63,872 nucleotides of DNA from Flavobacteriales bacterium. Lineage in GTDB: Bacteria > Bacteroidota > Bacteroidia > Flavobacteriales_D > Sanyastnellaceae. The notes beneath the pieces were generated by a model. The model ran no database searches. It saw nothing but the letters and a program-made list of their open reading frames with translations, and was not told where the DNA came from. A program made the translations under genes and the position numbers. The stretch lies in assembly GCA_022428285.1 (NCBI GenBank), contig JAKMCX010000099.1, positions 1 to 63,872 of the forward strand. The letters are read 5' to 3'. Below, one piece after another: positions 54,334-62,775 of this stretch. How positions within the stretch are numbered: the first letter of the stretch is position 1; the number at the start of each line of letters is the position of its first letter.

Positions 54334-55755
54334 ATGCCTTCTGCATTGTCCCAAGAATTTGTTGATGCTGCTCACGCGCACGGCATTTCACAGAGCGAGT
54401 TAAACCGTCAATGGGACCGCTTACAAGGAGGCCCGTCGCATTGTGCGCCACAAGCGCCATGTCAGCGTGGCGATGGCATTAAAACGCTTTCTGAAAAGGC
54501 CATGCAACGGTTGGCAGAGCGCGGCAGTGCCATCGGGCACGGAAAAGCCGTGCGGTTGGTGCCGGCCAGTGGCGCCGCAAGTCGGATGTTCAAGGCCTTG
54601 GCTTCCGGCAACGAAGCCGCGGTGGAACAGCTCGATGCCCAATGGGAGAGGTTCCCTTTTCTTGCCGCAGCAGAAGCTACCGGGAATTGTGATACGCCAG
54701 CAGAAAAGTTGGCGGCCATCATGGACCGATTGGGTTTGGCTGACATGCCCAAAGGCGGGCTTCCCTTTCACAAATACCCCGGTGAGACGCGCACAGCCTT
54801 TGAAGAGCACATGCACGAATGGAAGTCGACCCTTCCGGGGGTCACGTCTCCCCCCGTGCACTTCACTTTGCCGGAAGAAGGTCGCGCACTGTGGAAGGAG
54901 CGCATCGAAGGTTGGGCCACAAAAATTGGGGTTGCGGTGAGCACGTCTGTGCAACATTCATCAACCGATACCATGGCAGTGGGAACGGATGGAAGGCCTT
55001 TTCTGCGAGAAGATGGTACGCCGTTGTTTCGCCCCGGCGGTCACGGTGCCTTGCTGCGCAACCTGAGCGATGTGGCACAATCCCATCCCGGTGCTTTTGT
55101 GAGCATCAAAAACATCGACAACGTGCGTCCCACCACAGCCCATGCCGAGGTGCTGCCTTGGCGCAAAGCCTTGTTGGGCCTCACTGCGGAGCTTGACGAG
55201 GCCCGGACATTGGCAGTCAAGGCACTGGACGAGGGGAATTCAAGGCCCGCTGAGTTGTGGCTTGGTCGGGGCATCGCCCATCCCTCAGATCCGCGGCCTG
55301 ACGGCATAGAGGCACTGCGCTCCGCCCTAGAGCGGCCCATGCTTGTGGCGGGAATGGTACGCAATGAAGGTGAGCCTGGCGGAGGCCCTTTCTGGCTACG
55401 CGATGACGAGGGAACACTTCGGGCGCAAATTGTGGAGTCTGCAGAGATGGACCTGGGCAATCCGCGCATTGGAAATTGCATCGCAGGGGCCACCCACTTC
55501 AATCCCGTTGACCTCATTTGTTTGATGCACGATACCCAAGGGGTCCCGTATGACTTGGCTGAGTTTGTGGACCACCGCAGGGATTTTCTGGTGTCCAAAT
55601 CCCATGCGGGCAAGCCGCTCATTGGTTTGGAACATCCGGGATTGTGGAACGGTGCCATGGGACGTTGGAACACCTTGTTTGTAGAGGTGCCATCCAGAAC
55701 CTTTGCACCTGTGAAGACCGTTTTTGATTTGCTTCGCCCGGCCCATCAGGCTTGA
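54334..55755 (+). CDS. DUF4301-like protein (uncharacterised; UDP-sugar pyrophosphorylase-like motifs)
   Basis: 473 aa from ATG 54334. LVPASGAASRMFK and LFRPGGHGALL motifs. Overall resemblance to Bacteroidota DUF4301 proteins (from memory). Confidence 0.6.
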   Translation: MPSALSQEFVDAAHAHGISQSELNRQWDRLQGGPSHCAPQAPCQRGDGIKTLSEKAMQRLAERGSAIGHGKAVRLVPASGAASRMFKALASGNEAAVEQLDAQWERFPFLAAAEATGNCDTPAEKLAAIMDRLGLADMPKGGLPFHKYPGETRTAFEEHMHEWKSTLPGVTSPPVHFTLPEEGRALWKERIEGWATKIGVAVSTSVQHSSTDTMAVGTDGRPFLREDGTPLFRPGGHGALLRNLSDVAQSHPGAFVSIKNIDNVRPTTAHAEVLPWRKALLGLTAELDEARTLAVKALDEGNSRPAELWLGRGIAHPSDPRPDGIEALRSALERPMLVAGMVRNEGEPGGGPFWLRDDEGTLRAQIVESAEMDLGNPRIGNCIAGATHFNPVDLICLMHDTQGVPYDLAEFVDHRRDFLVSKSHAGKPLIGLEHPGLWNGAMGRWNTLFVEVPSRTFAPVKTVFDLLRPAHQA

Positions 55756-55758
55756 ATC

Positions 55759-55792
55759 AAAAAAGGCCGCCTTCGGGTGAAGACGGCCTTTT
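55759..55792. terminator. Bidirectional rho-independent terminator between convergent genes
   Basis: AAAAGGCCG (55761-55769) pairs with CGGCCTTTT (55784-55792). Inner CTTC/GAAG pairing. An A-run on one side and a T-run on the other. Confidence 0.75.
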
Positions 55793-55814
55793 CAGGGAGG
55801 AGTTTATGGAGCAG

Positions 55815-57125
55815 TTATCCTTTCAGGATGCGAATGGAAACAGACTGGCGACCGCTCAAAAGGCGCAAGCTGTAGATGCCAGGTCGCAGGTCACCCAAGT
55901 CGGTGAAGCGCACAGGGGCTTCCAACTGACCCGCTGTCAGCGAGATGGACTTGATGGGCATGCCTTGGTGATCCAAGACCTGCAAACGGGCGCCCTCTTG
56001 GACGGTTCCCCGGACTTTCGCGCTGAGGGCATCCCCAAACGGAATGGGGTATGCAGTCAACGAAAGTGCAGCGCGGCCGTCGTCGGTGCCCAACACATCC
56101 TCTGCGGTCGCAGACTCAAGTCCAGCGGCCATGGCGATGTTAAATGGAACGGTATGTCCGTTCATATACAAACGGCCAAAGTCCGTGTTGTCGACGCCTT
56201 TCGCAAGCAAAGCGATGCGGCTGCCTTCTGGGCAATTCACACGCAAAGAGAGCTGTTGGCCCTTGCGCACACTGCCTTTGTCAAAAGTGAGCGAGAGTTC
56301 ACCATCGGTGACATCTTCACTTGTGAACGTGCCTTCTGCAAGGACATCACCATTGAAATGTGCGAGTGTGTAGGTATAGTCAAAGCCAGGCTTTACAAAT
56401 GGTGCAGCCAATTTTGCCTCAACCACACGTCCACGATCGCAAGCATAGAAAGTCTGCAAAAATGAACCGCCAACAACATTGAGGACGCCATTGGACTGGC
56501 GCTGTGCAGCGTGGCAGTCTCCTGAAACGTCCAAATCCAGACCTGCAGCATTGCGGCTCATGGCGTTGGTGGGAGGGTTGATGTTTCCAACGTCCGCCTT
56601 GCGTCCGTCATTGGCCTCATTCAATTGAGGTGTCGCACTGCGCACACCGAGCGTGAACTTGGCGTTCTTGGCCAGGTATTGACCTTGGAGGCGGGCCTCG
56701 CCTACAAACATGTCGGCATCCTCCGTTCCAGGGACCACACATGAGGCACCATTTTGGGCGCGGACGACCAGCGTGAACTGCTCGTTCATCAGTGTGGGGA
56801 TCGACAAGTTGTTGAGCACGAAACTCGTGCCGTTATAGTTGTCTGCAGTAATGGTATGCATGGCCTTGGGCGTGAAGGTGTCGTCCAAAATGGCCACATC
56901 GAAAAAACCACCATTGAATTCTGCGCTGGCAATGATCTCCACCATGGAGATGGTGCCTTTGGCGCAAGTCCTCAGGTTTTGTGTCATCTGCACACCGTCG
57001 ATATAGATGGCAGTATTAATATGGTCTTGCTCAACCTTGCACAGGTCGTCCTGTGGAGATGCAGCAGAGGCCGTTTGAAGAAGGAGGCCAAAGAGGCCGA
57101 GAAGAAGGGAAAAAGAGCGAATCAT
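55815..57125 (-). CDS. Secreted protein of unknown function with type A T9SS C-terminal domain
   Basis: Signal peptide MIRSFSLLLGLFGLLLQTASA. The tail (55818-56066) LTAYPIPFGDAL..LQVLDHQGMPIKS..LRPGIYSLRLLSGRQSVSIRILKG fits the Por secretion tail pattern. Confidence 0.8.
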   Translation of the reverse strand: MIRSFSLLLGLFGLLLQTASAASPQDDLCKVEQDHINTAIYIDGVQMTQNLRTCAKGTISMVEIIASAEFNGGFFDVAILDDTFTPKAMHTITADNYNGTSFVLNNLSIPTLMNEQFTLVVRAQNGASCVVPGTEDADMFVGEARLQGQYLAKNAKFTLGVRSATPQLNEANDGRKADVGNINPPTNAMSRNAAGLDLDVSGDCHAAQRQSNGVLNVVGGSFLQTFYACDRGRVVEAKLAAPFVKPGFDYTYTLAHFNGDVLAEGTFTSEDVTDGELSLTFDKGSVRKGQQLSLRVNCPEGSRIALLAKGVDNTDFGRLYMNGHTVPFNIAMAAGLESATAEDVLGTDDGRAALSLTAYPIPFGDALSAKVRGTVQEGARLQVLDHQGMPIKSISLTAGQLEAPVRFTDLGDLRPGIYSLRLLSGRQSVSIRILKG

Positions 57126-57172
57126 ATTGAAAAGATTTATGTGGATTCAGGCTCCTTTACGGGGGGGGCTTC

Positions 57173-57197
57173 ATTTCGGTTGCATTCCAACCGAAAT
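57173..57197. repeat. Perfect 10-bp inverted repeat hairpin in the intergenic region
   Basis: ATTTCGGTTG - CATTC - CAACCGAAAT. Confidence 0.8.
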
Positions 57198-57257
57198 AAT
57201 CTGCGGAATTAGGATTTAAACAACTGAAAAAGAGTGGATTAAGAATATAAAAATTGT

Positions 57258-57890
57258 TTAGGACTGTGCAAATTCCCACACGGAATTTGCACCTGGATAC
57301 TCCGTAGTATCGTGGTTGGAGGCCACCACCAACGTCCTTCCGCGGCGCCAATCGGCCACCAATGATTGGTACCAAGCCTTGCCCGCTTTGTCCAAGTGAG
57401 ATGTGGGTTCATCCAAGAACAAGGCACTGGCATCTGTGGTAAAGGCCAATGCCAATGCCAGCCTCTGGCGCATTCCAGAACTCAGGTCGCTGACACGCAC
57501 GGCCCCTTTGTCCGAAAGCAGCGCCAATTCCAATACTTGTTGATGGGTGGTACCGGTGATGGACCGCCTCAAGCGCTGGTGCAATGCAATGTGCTCGGCC
57601 ACTTCTAAATCGGCAATCAGCCCTTGGTCAGGTGCGCAATACGCCATTTGAGTGGGGACGTCCATGGCGCTGATGGCCCGGCCTCCCAAGTTCCAGGTCA
57701 GCCCGCCTTCGCTGGGCCTGTCAAAGGCACACATGATCCTCAATAGGCTAGACTTACCGCTGCCATTGGCGCCCAGGATGGCTTGAATACTGCCCGCTGT
57801 TACCTCTAGGTCGACCTTGCGCAAGACCCACTGTCTGCCGTGTCGCTTTCCGACTTGCTTCAGGTCGATGGCCAGCGGAAGTTCCTGCAT
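57258..57890 (-). CDS. ABC transporter ATP-binding protein (small, CcmA-like), last gene of the lpx operon
   Basis: 210 aa; Walker A GANGSGKSS, signature LSSGMRQR, Walker B LFLDEPTS. Start overlaps the lpxA stop. Confidence 0.85.
   Translation of the reverse strand: MQELPLAIDLKQVGKRHGRQWVLRKVDLEVTAGSIQAILGANGSGKSSLLRIMCAFDRPSEGGLTWNLGGRAISAMDVPTQMAYCAPDQGLIADLEVAEHIALHQRLRRSITGTTHQQVLELALLSDKGAVRVSDLSSGMRQRLALALAFTTDASALFLDEPTSHLDKAGKAWYQSLVADWRRGRTLVVASNHDTTEYPGANSVWEFAQS
57266..57292 (-). terminator. Hairpin overlapping the 3' end of the ABC ATPase gene (possible terminator)
   Basis: Perfect 11-bp inverted repeat GTGCAAATTCC - CACAC - GGAATTTGCAC. On the minus-strand RNA it is followed about 9 nt later by UUUUU. 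Confidence 0.4.
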
Positions 57891-58690
57891 CAGAATGGGC
57901 CGCGAACGATGCCCTTGTCCGAGGCGCGGATGAAGTCGAGGACGGTCTCCTTGGCATCGCTGACTGGCAATTCCAGTTCGGCGACTTTGAGGGCTTGAGA
58001 CATGTTGCCTCCCGTTATATAAAGGGTCCTGTATATGTCTTCCACTGCGCGCACGAATTCGTCGGGAAACCCTCTGCGCCGGAGGCCGATCGCGTTGACC
58101 CCGATGTAGCTCAAAGGCTCACGGGCCACCTTGACAAAAGGAGGAATGTTCTTTCGCACCAAGGATCCGCCCGCTACAAAGGCGTGTTGGCCGATCCGCA
58201 CAAATTGCTGCACCGCTACAACACCTTCGATGATCACCCAGTCTTCCACGGTCACATGGCCAGCGATGTTGGCGTTGTTGGCCAGGACACAGTGGTCTCC
58301 CACAACCGCATCGTGGGCCACGTGGGTGTAGGCCATGAGCAGACAGTGAGAACCCACTTTTGTGGTCATCCGGTCGGTGGTGCCCCTGTTGATGGTGCAG
58401 CATTCGCGAATGGTGGTATGGTCGCCCACCACAGCGGTTGTGTTTTCGCCGGCGTATTTCAGGTCTTGAGGTACACCACCGATCACCGCCCCCGGGAAAA
58501 TCCGGCAATGCGCGCCAATGCGCGAACCCGACAGAATGGTAGCGTTGGGACCGATCCACGTTTCTGAACCAATGTGGGCATTGGCTTCAACGGTGGCAAA
58601 AGGGCCAATGGTAACCCCTTCTCCTATGGTGGCATCGGGATGAACGGATGCCATCGGTGAGATCAACGGCGCTGTCTCGGCTTGATTCAT
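57890..58690 (-). CDS. lpxA: Acyl-ACP--UDP-N-acetylglucosamine O-acyltransferase
   Basis: 266 aa; left-handed beta-helix hexapeptide repeats and a typical LpxA C-terminal helical domain. Confidence 0.95.
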   Translation of the reverse strand: MNQAETAPLISPMASVHPDATIGEGVTIGPFATVEANAHIGSETWIGPNATILSGSRIGAHCRIFPGAVIGGVPQDLKYAGENTTAVVGDHTTIRECCTINRGTTDRMTTKVGSHCLLMAYTHVAHDAVVGDHCVLANNANIAGHVTVEDWVIIEGVVAVQQFVRIGQHAFVAGGSLVRKNIPPFVKVAREPLSYIGVNAIGLRRRGFPDEFVRAVEDIYRTLYITGGNMSQALKVAELELPVSDAKETVLDFIRASDKGIVRGPF

Positions 58691-60135
58691 GCTTCGGAAG
58701 ATGAAGGGACCCGGTCCCTGATGATTTGAGCCAGCATTTCCGCCTCGGAGACCAGCTTGTCTCCCACATATGCGCGTCCAGTCATGTGCACCAAGCCCCT
58801 TCGGATGGGGCTGGCCAGCTGCAATTTGAACAGGACGGTGTCACCGGGAACGACCTTCTGCTTAAACCGGACATTGTCGATTTTCATGAAGTAGGTCGAC
58901 CAGTTTTCAGGATCCTCGACGCCGCTCAACGCAAAAATCCCTCCCACTTGGGCCATGGCTTCGATTTGAAGCACGCCCGGCATAACAGGGTTGCCGGGGA
59001 AATGCCCCTGAAAGAAGGGCTCGTTCATGGTGACGTTTTTCAAGCCCGTGATGCTGTCATCATGGCGCTCGATGATTTTGTCGACCAACAAGAAAGGGTA
59101 ACGGTGCGGGAGCAGGTTCTCGATGTCTTGAATGTCCATCACCGGCTCCACCCGAGGGTCATAGCGCGGAATGCCGGCTTCGGCATTTTTCTTGCGCTTG
59201 AGCAACTGGGCAAAAGCGACGTTGCCCGCGTGGCCTGGGCGGGCTGCGAGGATGTGCCCTTCGACAAAAAACCCGGTCAATGCGAGGTCGCCCACGATGT
59301 CCAGCAACTTGTGCCTGGCGGGCTCGTTCTCAAACTGCAGGGTCGTGTTGTTCAAGACTCCAATCTTTCCGGGCTCTACTTTGAGGCTGTCTTTCCCAGA
59401 CAATGCCGCGACTTCGTCAAGTTCTTCCTGGCTGTATTCCTTTTCTGCCAGAACAATGGCGTTGTCCAAGTCACCTCCTTTAATGAGGCCTTGTTCGAGC
59501 AGGGACTTGACCTCTTTGAGAAAGACAAAAGTCCGGCACCGGCTGATCTCGCGCACGAACTGGCCCATGTGGTGCATGGTGGCGTGCTGCGTACCCAAAA
59601 TGGGGCTGTGATAATCCACCATTACGGTGGCGCGAAATTCATTGTGAACTGGAGGTACCGCCAGCATCTCAACGCCCTTGCCATCGTGATAGGTGACCGA
59701 CTCGGTCAGCCTAAAGATGTGCCGGTCTGCTTCCAAATCCACCGCGCCGACTTCCTCGATGTGCGCCACAAAAGGCCAGCTGCTGCCATCCATGATGGGG
59801 ACCTCTGGGCCGGTCATTTCGATCAAAGCGTTGTCGATGCCACAGCCATACAAGGCAGCCAACAGGTGTTCGGTGGTGTAGATCCGGATGCCGCCTTTTT
59901 CCAAGGTTGTGCCGCGCCGGGTCTCCACCACCAGGTCGCAATTCGCAGGGACCAAGGGCTGGCCCTCAGCGTCCATTCTTTGAAATACATACCCGTGGTC
60001 AGCAGGCGCAGGTTTGACCGTCAACTTTGTGGTTTGACCCGTATGAAGACCGATGCCCTCGATGCTGAAGGCGCTCGCCAAAGTCCGCTGCTGGACAGGG
60101 GCTTGGTTGGGTGCTGGTAAATTCTCCTTCTTCAT
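58687..60135 (-). CDS. lpxC/fabZ: Bifunctional UDP-3-O-acyl-GlcNAc deacetylase / 3-hydroxyacyl-ACP dehydratase
   Basis: 482 aa. LpxC N-terminal part (GIGLHTG, TTEHLLAAL) fused to FabZ (LPHRYPFLLVD..GHFPG.PVMPGVL), a fusion typical of Bacteroidota. Confidence 0.95.
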   Translation of the reverse strand: MKKENLPAPNQAPVQQRTLASAFSIEGIGLHTGQTTKLTVKPAPADHGYVFQRMDAEGQPLVPANCDLVVETRRGTTLEKGGIRIYTTEHLLAALYGCGIDNALIEMTGPEVPIMDGSSWPFVAHIEEVGAVDLEADRHIFRLTESVTYHDGKGVEMLAVPPVHNEFRATVMVDYHSPILGTQHATMHHMGQFVREISRCRTFVFLKEVKSLLEQGLIKGGDLDNAIVLAEKEYSQEELDEVAALSGKDSLKVEPGKIGVLNNTTLQFENEPARHKLLDIVGDLALTGFFVEGHILAARPGHAGNVAFAQLLKRKKNAEAGIPRYDPRVEPVMDIQDIENLLPHRYPFLLVDKIIERHDDSITGLKNVTMNEPFFQGHFPGNPVMPGVLQIEAMAQVGGIFALSGVEDPENWSTYFMKIDNVRFKQKVVPGDTVLFKLQLASPIRRGLVHMTGRAYVGDKLVSEAEMLAQIIRDRVPSSSEA

Positions 60136-60149
60136 GGTATTGACGGATT

Positions 60150-61205
60150 TCAGAGGCGGGGCTTGGAGTCAGCCTTGTTTGAACCTTGAGCCTGTCCACT
60201 TCGGGTAAATTCCCTCGCGAGTTTGCGAATGGCAAGCTGCATGTGCTGGTGCTTCCGGATGGGCTGGGCAGGATTGCCCTGCATCACCTGATTGGGAGTG
60301 GTGATGCTCGCTGTGATGCCACTCTTGGCAGCCACTTTGGTGCCGTTGGCGATTTTGATGTGGCCGTTGATGCCCACCTGGCCTCCAATCATACAATGGG
60401 ACCCAATCTCGGTGGATCCCGCGATTCCCGTTTGGGCCGCGATCACAGTGTGCTTTCCGATCCGGACGTTGTGGGCCACTTGTATGAGGTTGTCCAATTT
60501 CACGCCTTCATCGAGGACGGTGGATCCCAAAGTGGCCCGGTCAATGGTGGTGCCTGCTCCAATTTCACATCCGGCAGCTATGGTGACATTGCCCAGTTGC
60601 GGGATTTTTTCAAATCCAGAATCAGTAGGGGCAAACCCAAAACCGTCAGCGCCAATGGTGGCGCCAATTTGAAGGATGCAATGGTCTCCGACCGTGCATT
60701 GGTCTCCAATGACGCTCCGCATGCCCAAAATGACATCAGCGCCAATGCTGCAGCCCTCTCCGACGATGCTGCCCGTCATCATTTTGGTTCCGGCGCCCAC
60801 TTTGCTGCCTGAGCCTACATAGCAATGGGCACCTATGCTCACACCCATGCCAATCTCAGCAGAGTCGGCGATGACTGCTGACGGGTGAATTTGAGTCTCA
60901 GCAGATTGATCGGTTTCACCGCCACCAAACGCCTGCATGAGTTTGGCCATGGCGGCGTAAGGGTCGTCCACCCGAATCAAGCACGTACCGGCTTGCACTG
61001 GGGCTGATGGGACAAATTCCTTGGATACCAGCACGGCACTCGCTCCAGTCGTATAGAGGTGTCCTTCATAGGCCAAGTTGGCCAGAAAAGTCAAGTCGCC
61101 TTTGGACGCATCCTCAATACCGGCAAATCCTGAGAGTGCCTGAGCGGGGACATCGTCCAGTTGGCCGTCGAGTAAATGGGCAACGTCGAGGGTGGTTACC
61201 TCCAT
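60150..61205 (-). CDS. lpxD: UDP-3-O-(3-hydroxyacyl)glucosamine N-acyltransferase
   Basis: 351 aa; N-terminal LpxD domain plus hexapeptide repeats. Confidence 0.93.
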   Translation of the reverse strand: MEVTTLDVAHLLDGQLDDVPAQALSGFAGIEDASKGDLTFLANLAYEGHLYTTGASAVLVSKEFVPSAPVQAGTCLIRVDDPYAAMAKLMQAFGGGETDQSAETQIHPSAVIADSAEIGMGVSIGAHCYVGSGSKVGAGTKMMTGSIVGEGCSIGADVILGMRSVIGDQCTVGDHCILQIGATIGADGFGFAPTDSGFEKIPQLGNVTIAAGCEIGAGTTIDRATLGSTVLDEGVKLDNLIQVAHNVRIGKHTVIAAQTGIAGSTEIGSHCMIGGQVGINGHIKIANGTKVAAKSGITASITTPNQVMQGNPAQPIRKHQHMQLAIRKLAREFTRSGQAQGSNKADSKPRL

Positions 61206-61264
61206 GGTGCGAAATTAAGGCGCAGAGCCGCGTCGCGCTGCGGGGTTAGAGATGCAGAGGAAAA

Positions 61265-62338
61265 TCAGGCGTCAGGAAGCTGCAACAAGGCCTCTTCAAA
61301 GTCTGAAAGGGCTACGGTCACATCTATTTTGGGGCAGCCCGGGCCGTCGAGGAGCACCACCTTTACTTGGTCTCCAAGGTTCTTTTTGTCACTGCGCATC
61401 CGTTCCCAAAGGGTCGTGGCATCGGGGGGGACGCAAGGAAGCGGAATGAGCTCTGCCAACGACCGAGATACCCCGTCAAAATCTCCGGGTTTGCTTTTTG
61501 GACAGCCGGCGTGCAGTTCGCTCATTTTGAGGGCAACACGCATTCCCCAAGCCACGGCTTCACCATGTTTGAGATCCTCGGATTGTGCGATGGCCCAAGA
61601 CTCTAGGGCATGGCCTGAAGTGTGTCCAAAATTGAGGGTTTTCCGGGTTCCGTTGGTTTCCAAAGCGTCCTGGTTTACGATGTGTGCTTTGATGCCAATA
61701 GAATGCAGAATGGCTGCTTCAAATGCATCGGAATGGGCGTTACTCAAGGTGTTTTCCCAAGGCAATTCCATGGCGCTTGCGGAAGTGAGCAGGATGTGCT
61801 TGATGTGCTCTGCCCATCCATTTGACATTTCACGGGCATTGAGCGTATCCAAGAAGGCAGTGTGAATGCTGACCCCCACCGGAGATGAGAAAGTGCCAAT
61901 CCTGTTTTTTAGTCCGCGAAAGTTGATGCCTGTTTTCCCGCCGATCGAAGCATCCACCATAGAAAGAAGGGTGGTGGGGATCAGCCAGAAATCGATGCCT
62001 CTGAGGTAAGTGCTGCTCGCAAATGCCGTCAAGTCGGTAATGGTTCCTCCACCCAATGCGATGACGAGGCCATGCCGGTCCATGCCCATGCCTTCAAAGC
62101 TGTCCCAAAGTGCATGGGCATGTTCGATGGATTTGATGGTTTCCCCGTGCTGCCCCAAACGCAAGAACTGCGTGCCTGGAGGGAGGTGAGGATTCAGCAA
62201 TGGGAGGCAACATTTTTCGGTCAAGGGGTCGGTCACCACCACGACGGATGTGGGCGTGTGTTCATCCAGCCAGTTTCTCAACGCTTTGAACTGGGGATCC
62301 ACGTGGATTTCAGGGGGGAGTGCCAATGCAGCCTTCAT
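61265..62338 (-). CDS. aroB: 3-dehydroquinate synthase
   Basis: 357 aa from ATG 62338. GGGTITDLTAFASSTYLRGIDFWLIPTTLLSMVDASIGGKTGINF. The listed ORF extension to 62425 runs into tRNA-Phe. Confidence 0.9.
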   Translation of the reverse strand: MKAALALPPEIHVDPQFKALRNWLDEHTPTSVVVVTDPLTEKCCLPLLNPHLPPGTQFLRLGQHGETIKSIEHAHALWDSFEGMGMDRHGLVIALGGGTITDLTAFASSTYLRGIDFWLIPTTLLSMVDASIGGKTGINFRGLKNRIGTFSSPVGVSIHTAFLDTLNAREMSNGWAEHIKHILLTSASAMELPWENTLSNAHSDAFEAAILHSIGIKAHIVNQDALETNGTRKTLNFGHTSGHALESWAIAQSEDLKHGEAVAWGMRVALKMSELHAGCPKSKPGDFDGVSRSLAELIPLPCVPPDATTLWERMRSDKKNLGDQVKVVLLDGPGCPKIDVTVALSDFEEALLQLPDA

Positions 62339-62351
62339 TTGAAAAAGGTCT

Positions 62352-62381
62352 AAAATGAAACAAGCGGACCGAAGTCCGCCT
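62352..62381 (-). terminator. Terminator-like hairpin downstream of tRNA-Phe
   Basis: On the minus strand, AGGCGGAC-UUCG-GUCCGCUU followed by GUUUCAUUUU. Lies between the tRNA-Phe 3' end and the aroB start. Confidence 0.5.
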
Positions 62382-62393
62382 GTCTTTTGGGTG

Positions 62394-62466
62394 TGGTACC
62401 ACCTGGATTCGAACCAGGGACACATGGATTTTCAATCCATTGCTCTACCACCTGAGCTATGGTACC
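62394..62466 (-). tRNA. tRNA-Phe (anticodon GAA), CCA not encoded
   Basis: Hand-folded: acceptor GGTACCA/TGGTACC, D-arm GCTC..GAGC, anticodon arm ATGGA-TTGAAAA-TCCAT, T-arm CCTGG-TTCGAAT-CCAGG, discriminator A. Confidence 0.95.
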
Positions 62467-62775
62467 CAAAGGGGCCGCAAATGTAGCAAAATTTCTTTCC
62501 GGGCAGGACCATGCGGCGGGACATAATCTAGAGGGTGGTAAGGTCTTGCCTGCAGAAATATATAATACTTAACTGCAGGCCTGATAATCCCCCACGAGAG
62601 AGATATAAAAAAAATAAGATTCGATAGAATAAGTAAAAACATCGACGAAACGAGGTGATTGTGGTCACTCGCCTGGATGGATTTTGTAAGTGGGGCCAAT
62701 TATTGCTTTGAACGCAATTAAATTCGAGACTCTCATTGGAGAAATTTTAACCGCGCTTAACCAAATACGCTTGAC

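Noticed and set aside
58726-60120. 464-aa plus-strand ORF over lpxC/fabZ. Similar long antisense ORFs lie over asnS (49408..50526), recG (30258..31259), the glycosyltransferase (5458..6435), gpmI (44895..45719), exbB (37850..38713) and rnhB (6273..7121).
   Set aside because: All are shadow ORFs opposite confidently identified genes. I considered pervasive antisense coding as a finding, but codon-composition bias explains it.
62457-62699. 80-aa minus-strand ORF with a hydrophobic stretch (MFLLILSNLIFFISLSWGII)
   Set aside because: It overlaps the 5' end of tRNA-Phe and lies in the AT-rich spacer, where F/I/L-rich translations arise by composition. No supporting signals.
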